Origin: Candidatus Zhuqueibacterota bacterium
Lineage (GTDB): Bacteria > Electryoneota > RPQS01
Reading direction: 5' to 3'
Assembly (NCBI GenBank): GCA_003818605.1
Contig: RPQS01000020.1
Coordinates: 1,433 to 65,432 of the forward strand
Length of the DNA stretch: 64,000 nt
Part shown: piece after piece, positions 1 to 9,197 of the stretch
Position numbering within the stretch: position 1 is the first letter of the stretch
Layout: each line of letters begins with the position of its first letter
Notes under the pieces: generated by a model
Databases searched by the model: none
Told to the model about the DNA's origin: nothing
What the model saw: the letters and a program-made list of their open reading frames with translations, nothing else
Position numbers and translations under genes: made by a program

Positions 1-1539
1 GCCGCCCGCGAGAACCTGATCGGCATAGTCCACGGCTTCATTGCAGGCCACGGTCGGCTTCATTTCCATATCGAGCGAATTGCCGTAGTACATGAAACCG
101 GAGTTCAGCGAACCGAGCAGGAAATGCCAGGCCAGATCCGCAAGCGTAGCGGGATTAACGCTCGGATCCTGAATGCCCGCCAGTGAAATGCCGCCGGCTA
201 CGGCCTCCGCCGTAACTACGCGATTTGTTGCCGCTGTGATGACGGCCCAGTTGCGGATATCGAGCGCCCAACCATTCGGAATGTCGAATTGTCCGCTCGA
301 ATTGTAGGGCGGCCAGTTCCAGTTGATGAAATCCGGACTGCCGAAATCACCGTCCGCATTCACCCAAGCTCCATCTTCCACGTGCGCGATATTGCCTGAT
401 GAAACTGGATGATCCGCTAAAAATTCCGGCACGGTAGTCGGTTCATAGCCTGCGGCGACCGCTTGCGAAGTGAATCCGGCCACGCTCTCCATATAATAGG
501 AATAGCCGCCGCCCCAGGCGTTGTCACCATCGTGACCCAACACCGCAATCATCGGATTGTTCGGATCATTATACGCGGCAATGTTGTTGATATCGCCGAC
601 GCCGTAAGTCATGTAGCCGTCCTGCCAGCTCATCGCCATCGCCACGGGCACAACGACCACTTGCGACGCGACTCCCGTCTGCGGATTGACATGCTGCGCG
701 TAATGCGGCTGGAAGGAATACGGCACGGCATCAGTCGGTGTGCAGCCGCGGCTGATGGTGAGCGAGAACCAATGCGCGGATGAAGGATTGATCTGATCGG
801 CGGGATTGGGCGGATCGCAGTTTTCACCGCCGGTGCCAAGAACTAAAGGAAAGTTGGAGCATGCGCGCGAAATGTGATTGGACGGAACCAGACACCACGT
901 GATTCCGCACTCCGCGAGTGCGGGAATGATGCGCTCGCTGAAAGCCAGCTCCGGCGGGAAGAAACCCACGGATGGCGCGGGTGTTGAACCCCACACCCAC
1001 GGATAGAGATACTGATAGATCTGAATTTCTTTTTTCAGCACGGTTTTATCCACAAGCGGCGCGAGAGCATGATGATAGGGAATGATGACCATTTCGAGGC
1101 GCGGGCGTCCGCCGCTGGTTGTCCAGCCGCGCGCTTGAATATTCGCGGAATTCCACGAAGCAGAATAGCCGTACGCATTCTGCGCGCCTAAGCTTGCCAC
1201 GTTGCGAACCAAGCCGCCGGTGTAGGTGACTTGGGCGCCGGCATCGGTTCCGGACATCGTGCCAATGGCATCGCGCAAACGATATTGATAGGCGGCGACG
1301 CGATCGGCAACGGAGAATATTTCCGCGACGTTGTTCTCCGGATGTGCTGCGCCGCCGTTGCGGTGCTGGATGGATTCCCACGCGGTTTGATAGCCTTGCG
1401 TCCATTCGGAAGGGGCTGGCCAGTAGACCGGCTGTTCCAAATGCCAAACGTATGTGGTGTGCACCGGAGCGGCGGAGCAGAATGGGGCAACAGATGCAAA
1501 AATGCATAGGCAAATCGTCCGGAATCGCAGTGTATTCAT
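1..1539 (-). CDS. Secreted GH119-like (GH57-clan) alpha-amylase; runs off the left edge and is missing from the ORF track
   Basis: Manual translation from ATG 1539 (GAAAGGA upstream): signal peptide MNTLRFRTICLCIFASVAPFCSA, then WHLEQP, PYHHALAPL, FFPPELAFS, AHDGDNAWGGG, LNSGFMYYG, matching the five GH57/GH119 conserved regions; open to position 1. Confidence 0.75.
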   Translation of the reverse strand, partial: MNTLRFRTICLCIFASVAPFCSAAPVHTTYVWHLEQPVYWPAPSEWTQGYQTAWESIQHRNGGAAHPENNVAEIFSVADRVAAYQYRLRDAIGTMSGTDAGAQVTYTGGLVRNVASLGAQNAYGYSASWNSANIQARGWTTSGGRPRLEMVIIPYHHALAPLVDKTVLKKEIQIYQYLYPWVWGSTPAPSVGFFPPELAFSERIIPALAECGITWCLVPSNHISRACSNFPLVLGTGGENCDPPNPADQINPSSAHWFSLTISRGCTPTDAVPYSFQPHYAQHVNPQTGVASQVVVVPVAMAMSWQDGYMTYGVGDINNIAAYNDPNNPMIAVLGHDGDNAWGGGYSYYMESVAGFTSQAVAAGYEPTTVPEFLADHPVSSGNIAHVEDGAWVNADGDFGSPDFINWNWPPYNSSGQFDIPNGWALDIRNWAVITAATNRVVTAEAVAGGISLAGIQDPSVNPATLADLAWHFLLGSLNSGFMYYGNSLDMEMKPTVACNEAVDYADQVLAGG

Positions 1540-1569
1540 CGAATCATCCTTTCGGGTAATCGGCGAGGA

Positions 1570-3171
1570 TCAGAAGAAAATGGCCCACAGTATCAAGAGG
1601 ATAATCACAAGTAAAACGGAAAAGACAATGTTCATTTTCCGCCACAGGCCAGGAACGGCGGCGCGAGCGTCACCGGCATGTTTGAAGGTCAGTCCTTTCA
1701 CTTTCTCAAAAGCGGGTGCTTGGGTGGCCAGACTAACCACGATCAATACGGCAACACAGACCACGAAAAGGAAAATCGCAAAATGGAGGAAGTTGATTTC
1801 AGCCAGCGTTGCGAGTGGAGAGAAGCCGATGGGCGACTGCTTGTGAATCAATTCCGTGATCAACCGCAGCGCCCCAAGGACGAGACCCGTGAGAAGGGAG
1901 GCAATCGCGCCTTTGCTATTCGCTCGGGGCCAGAACACTCCTAAGAGAAATACCGCGGCAATGGGCGGGCTGATATAAGCCTGAACGCTCTGGAGATAAA
2001 TGTAAAGCTGCGATGAAATGAACCGAATGAACGGAACCCAAAGGATTCCTAACACAACCAGTGCACCGGTAGCCAGCCTTCCTATATGTACGAGTTGTTT
2101 CTCGGAGGCTCCCGGTTTCAGTTTTTTGTAGATGTCCATCGTGAACAGAGTGGAACTGCTGTTAAAGCAGGCGGAGAGCGAAGACATCAAAGCGGCCAGC
2201 AAACTGGCAATGACAATTCCTTTCAGACCGATGGGGAGCAAACGAGTGACGATGGCCGGATACGCCTGATCGCCCGCGATGTCGGGATAAAGCGCGCGCG
2301 CAATGATGCCGGGCATGACGAGAATGAACACCGGCAGTATCTTGAGAAAACCGGAGAAGATTGTCCCCGACTGAGCATGGTTGATGTTCTTCGCGCTTAA
2401 AACTCTTTGGACAATATACTGATCGGTGCACCAATACCAGATTCCGAGAATCGGCGCACCGAAGACAATTCCCGTCCACGGGAAATCGGGATCGCTGATC
2501 GGTTTAAACATACTGAAGAAATCCGCGGGAACGGATTGCTGCAGGCCGCTGATTCCACCCACTTCATTCAAGCCCAGAATCGTAAGGACAACCGCGCCGC
2601 CGATAAGGACAAACATCTGCAGCAGTTCGGTGTAGATCACCGCAGCCAGACCGCCGAAGACCGTGTAAATTCCGGTGGCGATCACGAGGACAATGGAGGA
2701 CGTGTACATATCCCAGCCGAGCAACTGATTCAACAGCAGCGAACCGGCGAACAACGTCACGGATATTTTCGTCAGCACATAGCCCGTAATAGAGACGACC
2801 GTGAGATACCAGCGGCTGGATTCCCCGTAGCGGCGTTCGAGAAACTCCGGCATGGTGAAGACGCCGCTTTTGATATAGAACGGTACAAACACCCAACCCA
2901 AAATTAGAACGATCAGACAAGCCAGCCATTCGAAATGCCCCACCGCCATGCCTGTAGCCGCACCCGAACCCGCCAGACCAATAAAATGTTCGGAAGAAAT
3001 ATTGGTGGCGAACATGGACGCGCCGATGGCGAACCAGCCCACATCCCGTCCGGCCAGAAAGTAGTCGGTACTGTTGCGGCCGCGCCGGGCGAAGTAGATT
3101 CCGATGCCGAACACAATCAGAAAATAGAGTCCGATCACGACCAGATCAATGCCGCCCATATTGAGAAACAT
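1570..3171 (-). CDS. Sodium:solute (sugar, SGLT-like) symporter
   Basis: Many TM segments; DYFLAGR, FATNISSEHFIGLAG, WYWCTDQYIVQRVL, AALMSSLS motifs. Confidence 0.93.
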   Translation of the reverse strand: MFLNMGGIDLVVIGLYFLIVFGIGIYFARRGRNSTDYFLAGRDVGWFAIGASMFATNISSEHFIGLAGSGAATGMAVGHFEWLACLIVLILGWVFVPFYIKSGVFTMPEFLERRYGESSRWYLTVVSITGYVLTKISVTLFAGSLLLNQLLGWDMYTSSIVLVIATGIYTVFGGLAAVIYTELLQMFVLIGGAVVLTILGLNEVGGISGLQQSVPADFFSMFKPISDPDFPWTGIVFGAPILGIWYWCTDQYIVQRVLSAKNINHAQSGTIFSGFLKILPVFILVMPGIIARALYPDIAGDQAYPAIVTRLLPIGLKGIVIASLLAALMSSLSACFNSSSTLFTMDIYKKLKPGASEKQLVHIGRLATGALVVLGILWVPFIRFISSQLYIYLQSVQAYISPPIAAVFLLGVFWPRANSKGAIASLLTGLVLGALRLITELIHKQSPIGFSPLATLAEINFLHFAIFLFVVCVAVLIVVSLATQAPAFEKVKGLTFKHAGDARAAVPGLWRKMNIVFSVLLVIILLILWAIFF

Positions 3172-3235
3172 CTTCTCTCCTCGGTCTATTTGCTTTGACC
3201 TTGAGATCGGTTCGATTTATTTCGGAAGAGGAATG

Positions 3236-5683
3236 CTATTGTACGATCAGCCGCCACGCCGCCCGCGCATCCGGAAAAACTATTGTGAGGATGCGTTTTT
3301 CAGAGTCGTATTGATATCCGGATTGCGTTTTTTCAACGGCAGCCTGTTCTAAAGGCTTTCCCTCGAGAGTCACGAAGCCGGGAGCTTTGTCCACCGCATG
3401 AATGCGCAGTTGAAGCGGACGGTCGGGAATAGAATAACGATCATGAGGCCGCGTTTGATTGATGCGAACCTCATCTCCCGTGCGTTGACAGGCCCATTGC
3501 GTCAGGCGGTATTCCCCGTTTTCGTAATCGAATGTCCGGCCGTCATCTTCGTAGAGAGTAAAACCGGATTCATGAATGGCAGGATAGATTTCCAAAGTCA
3601 ACCGGTTTGACGCCGCATCGGCTGTGTGTTGCTTAACATCCTGCAGGGGAATGATCGCTCCTTCGTGCAGGAAGATCGGCATTTTTTCCAATGGAGTTTC
3701 CACAGTGATGGTTTGTCCGCCTTCGTAAACGGTTTCATCGCTCCAATCCAGCCACCAGCCGCGCGGGAGATAAACTTTTTTCAGATACTGATTTTCGCGA
3801 GTGACCGGAGCGGCGAGCAAATTCTCGCCTACGAAAAATTCCTGCTGATTCGCCCAATCCCACGTATTGTTGTCGGCGGGATCATTCCAGCACAAAGGTC
3901 TCCAGAGCGGTGCGCCGGTCTGCGATGCTTCATAGAAAAGAGAATAGAAGTAGGGAAGAAGACGGTAGCGCAGGGAAATGTAGTTGCGGCTGATGTCTTC
4001 CACGCGTTCGCCGAAAGCCCACGGTTCCTTGTCGGGAGTGCCGTATTCCGTGTGTGCGCGGCAGAGCGGCGACAGCGAACCCACTTGAATCCAGCGGGCA
4101 AAGAGTTCACTTGAAGGCATGCCGATGAAACCGCCGATGTCCGTGCCGACGAACGGTACTCCGGAAACGCTCAGTCCTTGCAGCATGCGAATCCCGAGCT
4201 CCAAATGATCCCAACTCGCGATATTATCTCCGGTCCAAACGGCGGTGTAGCGCTGTTCTCCGGCAAAGCCCGCGCGCGTTAGAATGAAAGGCCGCTCGTT
4301 AGGTTCGGCTTTGAGCGCGCCTTCGTAGGTGGCGCGGGCCATGAGAAAACCGTAAAGGTTGTGCATCTTCTTGTGGTCAGTGCCGCGGCCTTCATCATCA
4401 AAGCGGGTTTCCAGCGGGAAAGCCTGTCCCCACACGGCAGGTTCATTCATGTCATTCCAGATTCCGGAGACTCCATTCTTGAGCCATTCTCCGACCAAGC
4501 CGCCCCACCACGCGCGGGTTGAACTGCGGCTGTAATCGGAAAAGTAGGACGGCCCGGGCCAGACTTCACCGATGTAGGTTTGACCGTCGGGATAAGTGAC
4601 AAAGTGATTTCCGGCTAAACCTTCGCGGCACACGCGAAAGGCCGTATCCACTTTCACGCCGGGATCAATGATGGTCACGACGCGAAAATTCAAATCCGCA
4701 AGCTGCTTGAGCATTTTTTGCGGATCGGGAAAACGGTCTTTATTCCATGTAAAGACCCGATAGCCATCCATGTAATGGATATCGAGGTAGATCACATCGG
4801 CGGGGATTTGCTTTTCGCGAAAGGTATTGGCAATGCGCAGGACTTCCTTGTCGGGGAAATAGCTGTAGCGGCACTGCTGAAATCCCAGAGACCAGAGCGG
4901 CGGCAGGGGAGCGCGGCCGGTCAGATCCGTATATTGCTCGAGCACGTCTGCAGGTTTCGGTCCGGCGAAGAAGAAATAATCGAGATGGCCGCGCTCGGCG
5001 GAGAAGGAGTAGTAGCGCGACGTGCTGGCTCCCATATTGAATCGCGTGCGGTAGCTGTTGTTGAAGTAGAGACCGTAAGCTTGTCTTTCGCGAATGCCGA
5101 TGAAGAAAGGAATACTCTGATAGATCGGATCCGTACTCCAGCCGTAGGCGGGAGTATCGCTGTTCCACATCACCCATTCCTGACCGCGTTTGTTGATGTT
5201 GCCCGTTTTCTCCCCAAGCCCGAGAAATTTTTCATCAGGAACAATTTTTTTCCAGCAGCGGACTTCGTTTCCGTCCCAGCCCATTCCCAGCGCGGCCTCA
5301 TCTTCGCAGAGCACTTGCCCCAGAAGATTTTTGATCGTGATGCGGCAGGGCGTCTTATGGATTTCCACGACGAGCGCCGCAGAGCGCATTGTGTACAGGC
5401 TGTCACTTTCGGATGATTTTGTCTGCAGCGGCGGCCATTCCGTTTTCGCCAGCGGATAATCGAGAAGCGCTTCGGTCTGTCCCTGCCGATGAAGAGTGAC
5501 GCGAATCATTTCCGGTTTGAGAAAGGTCACCTCGAGCGCATGACCGTTTTCGCAGACAACGGTCACGCCCGCAGTTGTGCCCGTGCAGCGCTGCGCATTG
5601 CCGAGAAATTCATAGGCCGCGTGCAGTTTGATTGTGCTGCCGACCACGCAGAGCAGAAGGAAAAGCCATCGGCGTGAAATCAT
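3236..5683 (-). CDS. GH31 alpha-glucosidase with signal peptide (likely periplasmic)
   Basis: WNDMNEP nucleophile and WTGDN acid/base motifs, DVIYLDIHY; start reset to ATG 5683 (AGGAG upstream; MISRRWLFLLLC signal). Confidence 0.92.
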   Translation of the reverse strand: MISRRWLFLLLCVVGSTIKLHAAYEFLGNAQRCTGTTAGVTVVCENGHALEVTFLKPEMIRVTLHRQGQTEALLDYPLAKTEWPPLQTKSSESDSLYTMRSAALVVEIHKTPCRITIKNLLGQVLCEDEAALGMGWDGNEVRCWKKIVPDEKFLGLGEKTGNINKRGQEWVMWNSDTPAYGWSTDPIYQSIPFFIGIRERQAYGLYFNNSYRTRFNMGASTSRYYSFSAERGHLDYFFFAGPKPADVLEQYTDLTGRAPLPPLWSLGFQQCRYSYFPDKEVLRIANTFREKQIPADVIYLDIHYMDGYRVFTWNKDRFPDPQKMLKQLADLNFRVVTIIDPGVKVDTAFRVCREGLAGNHFVTYPDGQTYIGEVWPGPSYFSDYSRSSTRAWWGGLVGEWLKNGVSGIWNDMNEPAVWGQAFPLETRFDDEGRGTDHKKMHNLYGFLMARATYEGALKAEPNERPFILTRAGFAGEQRYTAVWTGDNIASWDHLELGIRMLQGLSVSGVPFVGTDIGGFIGMPSSELFARWIQVGSLSPLCRAHTEYGTPDKEPWAFGERVEDISRNYISLRYRLLPYFYSLFYEASQTGAPLWRPLCWNDPADNNTWDWANQQEFFVGENLLAAPVTRENQYLKKVYLPRGWWLDWSDETVYEGGQTITVETPLEKMPIFLHEGAIIPLQDVKQHTADAASNRLTLEIYPAIHESGFTLYEDDGRTFDYENGEYRLTQWACQRTGDEVRINQTRPHDRYSIPDRPLQLRIHAVDKAPGFVTLEGKPLEQAAVEKTQSGYQYDSEKRILTIVFPDARAAWRLIVQ

Positions 5684-5699
5684 ATTATTTCTCCTGCGG

Positions 5700-5771
5700 A
5701 AATCCGGAAAATTTGCGCAAATCCGGAAAAAGCACACTTTCATACTTAGCGATTTCAGCACACAATGTCAA
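5700..5771 (-). promoter_or_regulatory. Putative promoter and operator for the leftward GH31 operon
   Basis: TTGACA on minus strand at 5771-5766, weak -10; palindrome ATTTGCGCAAAT 5711-5722 between direct repeats AAATCCGGAAAA (5700, 5719). Confidence 0.4.
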
Positions 5772-6343
5772 ACAAAAATCGCCTTATCGTGCATATAGTT
5801 GGATTTTTGTCGGGTTATGACACAATCGGACGAAGTGCTTTATATGATTAGAATGCGGGATAATTTTGCAGCAGATTATAAATAATCAGGTTATGAAACA
5901 AACCAATGCCTCCTTTCTTACGAGTTTGTCTAATATATTGTAATATAGATAAATATAAAGCGTTGCGGATATATGGCGATAGATTTTAGATTGCGCGATT
6001 GGCAAGACTCTATGAATCTATTGCGCAGACCGCAGTTGAAAAAAAGTTGTTATTCTATATAACCGAAGTTGCAGCGAATACGGGATTGTGAACAATACTG
6101 CCTAAAAACTGAGTTCAAGATTTCACAAATGTAAAACAACACACTGCACAATATATTGTTATTTATTTGTTTGTAATATATAATGCAAGAATTTTGTGAT
6201 GTGAATGTCCATTAGCGAATTTCGTGTCGAAATCCGTTGGAACGGTTCAGTGCAGAATGTCCGGCACTGACGCCGGTTGTTTTCATCGGTCAGATGTTGA
6301 GAAAAAGTTGCAGTATGAGAAATCCAGAGACGGTCAGTAATAG

Positions 6344-6372
6344 TTGACATTCCTGTGAAGTCTTCTTAATTT
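6344..6372 (+). promoter_or_regulatory. Sigma70-type promoter for the TBDR operon
   Basis: TTGACA-17 bp-TAATTT about 80 bp upstream of the TBDR start. Confidence 0.5.
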
Positions 6373-6449
6373 AAACCAGTTCGCATTTCCGGCCGACAAT
6401 GTAGCCGGATTATCTAACCCATTGCTCTCTTTCCTGGAGTCTTCAAGCC

Positions 6450-9197
6450 ATGAAAGTGAAAATTATCCGTTGGCTAAGCCTCGTTGCGATCTGCGGAGTC
6501 GCGCTTCTGTTTTACACCGCAGCGCGGGCGGGAACCGTCGGGAAGATTGCAGGCCGCGTGATTGACAGCGAGAACGGCGAGCCTGTGATCGGAGCCGCGA
6601 TTATGGTTGAAGGCACAGAATCCGGCGCGGCCGCCGACATCAATGGAGACTACTATATATTGAATGTTCCACCCGGCATGGTGAATCTGCGGTGCTCGGC
6701 TTTAGGGTACGCGCCGCGGAGCATTCAAGGAGTTCAGGTGATCTCCGATCAGACGTCCACCGTGGATTTTTCTCTCCAACCGGCGTCTATTCAGGGTGAA
6801 GAAGTGATTATCATTGCGGAGCGCAAGCTGGTGGAACTCGACCGCACGTTTGCCACGCAGACGATTGCCGCGCAGGATATGGGTACCTTGCCCATCACGA
6901 ATTTAAATCAGGTGGTGGAATTGCAGGCCGGTATTGTGGACGGTCACTTCCGCGGCGGGCGCAAGAACGAGGTGCTGTATCTGGTGGACGGCGTGTCCAT
7001 TACGGACGTCTACGACAACGCGCAGGGCACGCAGGTAGACAACCGGGTGGTGGAAGAATTGCAGGTGATTTCCGGAACGTTCAATGCCGAGTACGGGCAG
7101 GCGATGTCGGGCATCGTCAATATCGTGACGAAAGAAGGCGGGAAGGAGTACCACGGCTCGGTCACCACGGAATTCGGAGACTATCTGTCCGACCACGATG
7201 AACTTTTTATGAACATCGGCGATGTGACGCCGATGGCGATTCAGGATTACGGAGTTTCGCTGTACGGCCCGGTTCCGAAAATCCGCAAGCTGTCTTTTTA
7301 CGCCAGCGGCCGCTATTTAAAGGACAGCGGGTGGATGTACGGGCGGCGGCGATGGATTCCGGTATGGCTGGTGTACCCGAACGGTATGGCAATGGTAGGA
7401 CACGGAGACAATTCGTACGTGGAGATGAACCGCAACTGGGAGAGTTTCGGGCACGTCAAACTCTCGTATGATCTGTCTTCGCGGATGAAACTCAGCTATT
7501 CGAATTTATTCAGTTCGCGCAACTACCGCGATTTCAGTCAGGACTGGAAATTTTGTCCGGACGGGGATCTGCGCCGCTACCGGGACGGACGGACGAACAT
7601 CGTGAAATTCAATCATGCGGTGAGCGGCAGCGCGTTTTACGAATTAGGTTTTACCAACACGTTTACGGAATATCATCACTATGTGTATGAAGATCCGTAC
7701 GATTCGCGCTACGCCCATCCGATGTATGAGGACGCGAATCCGGCCTATACGATGAATCTCGCCGGCACGAACCTGAACCGATTCCGCCGCTGGACGCAGA
7801 CCAACCAATTGATGGGCAATCTGTCGTGGCAGGTGAACAAACTGCATCTGGCGAAGCTCGGTTTTGACGTGAAGCTGCACGACATCTTGTACGACGATGT
7901 TTATCTGGTATCCGCGAATCCCGGTCAGGTGATTGATCCAAGCGCGACGGCGGACGATCCCAAGCCGCTCTATTTCAAGCCCGTTGTGGAAGACATTCAG
8001 CAGACGTCGCATGACCGCTATCTGAATCATCCGTCGGAATATGCCGTTTATCTGCAGGACAAATTCGAACTGCCGTATTTGATCGTGAATGCCGGTTTGC
8101 GGATTGATTACTTCGAGCCGGACGGAAAAGTGCTGACCGATCCGAAAGACCCCAACGTGTATTCGCCGCTGCTGACCACCCATGTGGATGATCCGCTGGA
8201 CGAACGGCTGTCGTATTGGTATAAAGACGCGAAGGCGAAATGGGCGCTCTCGCCGCGTATCGGCATTGCCTATCCGATGAGCGACGTGGGCGTGTTCCAC
8301 TTCGCCTATGGGCATTTCGTGCAGCGGCCGACGTTCGAGCGGATGTACGCCAATCCGAAATGGGAGCTGGCCTCGGGTGTGGGACTCAATACGGTGATGG
8401 GCAATCCCGATTTGAAGATGGAAGAAACCACAACCTATGAGTTTGGATTCCAGCAGCAGTTGCTGCAAAACGTAGCGCTGAACACCACGATTTTTTATCG
8501 CGACATCCGCAATCTGGTAGCCACCGATAAAATCGTGGAGACATATTCTTCCGGAACGAAATATTCGCAATACATCAACCGTTCCTTCGGAGAAGTGAAG
8601 GGCATCACGCTGTCGTTCGACAAACGGATGGTGGATAATTTCAGCGCATTCGTGGATTACACGTATCAGGTGGCGCAGGGAGACGCATCCGATCCGCAGT
8701 CGGCCTATAACGATTTGCGGGGCAGCAATCCGCGCGAACCGCAGAAGCAGTTGGTGCCGCTGAGCTGGGATCGCCGCCACACGATCAACGGCAGTGTCAC
8801 CTATATGACTCCGGGATTGCAGAATCTGGGCGTCACGCTGCTGGCCAAATACGGCAGCGGTCTTCCCTACAGTCCGGTAAATCAGGGCATCCGCACGGGT
8901 TTCGAGAACGACGGCCGGCGTCCGAGCTTTTACAATTTTGATTTGTCCGCATTCAAGACGTTCAAATTGAGTCCGAAGGCGGAGCGGAAGCTGATCCTGA
9001 CGCTGACCGTGCTCAATCTGCTGGATACAAAGAACGAAGACAACGTCTACAACGACACCGGACGCGCGGGGTACTCGCAGGAGGAATTGCGCGCCGTCGA
9101 GGTGATCGAATACAACACGTTGAAGGAATATTACACGAATCCAACGTACTATTCGCGTCCGCGAATGGTTAAAATAGGTGCGAGGTTCGAATTCTAA
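6450..9197 (+). CDS. TonB-dependent receptor with N-terminal carboxypeptidase-regulatory-like domain
   Basis: GKIAGRVID..GEPVIGA N-domain; plug HFRGGR...YLVDG, GTFNAEYGQAMSGIVNIVTKEG; GNPDLK; C-terminal aromatic RFEF. Confidence 0.93.
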   Translation: MKVKIIRWLSLVAICGVALLFYTAARAGTVGKIAGRVIDSENGEPVIGAAIMVEGTESGAAADINGDYYILNVPPGMVNLRCSALGYAPRSIQGVQVISDQTSTVDFSLQPASIQGEEVIIIAERKLVELDRTFATQTIAAQDMGTLPITNLNQVVELQAGIVDGHFRGGRKNEVLYLVDGVSITDVYDNAQGTQVDNRVVEELQVISGTFNAEYGQAMSGIVNIVTKEGGKEYHGSVTTEFGDYLSDHDELFMNIGDVTPMAIQDYGVSLYGPVPKIRKLSFYASGRYLKDSGWMYGRRRWIPVWLVYPNGMAMVGHGDNSYVEMNRNWESFGHVKLSYDLSSRMKLSYSNLFSSRNYRDFSQDWKFCPDGDLRRYRDGRTNIVKFNHAVSGSAFYELGFTNTFTEYHHYVYEDPYDSRYAHPMYEDANPAYTMNLAGTNLNRFRRWTQTNQLMGNLSWQVNKLHLAKLGFDVKLHDILYDDVYLVSANPGQVIDPSATADDPKPLYFKPVVEDIQQTSHDRYLNHPSEYAVYLQDKFELPYLIVNAGLRIDYFEPDGKVLTDPKDPNVYSPLLTTHVDDPLDERLSYWYKDAKAKWALSPRIGIAYPMSDVGVFHFAYGHFVQRPTFERMYANPKWELASGVGLNTVMGNPDLKMEETTTYEFGFQQQLLQNVALNTTIFYRDIRNLVATDKIVETYSSGTKYSQYINRSFGEVKGITLSFDKRMVDNFSAFVDYTYQVAQGDASDPQSAYNDLRGSNPREPQKQLVPLSWDRRHTINGSVTYMTPGLQNLGVTLLAKYGSGLPYSPVNQGIRTGFENDGRRPSFYNFDLSAFKTFKLSPKAERKLILTLTVLNLLDTKNEDNVYNDTGRAGYSQEELRAVEVIEYNTLKEYYTNPTYYSRPRMVKIGARFEF

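Noticed and set aside
463-1559. Short ORFs listed in the track in the first 1.5 kb
   Set aside because: They are shadows of the continuous minus-strand GH119-like gene 1539..<1
6159-6350. 63-aa minus-strand ORF in the divergent intergenic region
   Set aside because: No SD or recognisable motif, and it overlaps the candidate promoter
7644-8780. Long antisense ORFs (also 15854..17095, 35425..36327, 56298..57233, 58061..59044)
   Set aside because: Antisense shadows of well-supported genes, expected from GC-rich codon bias
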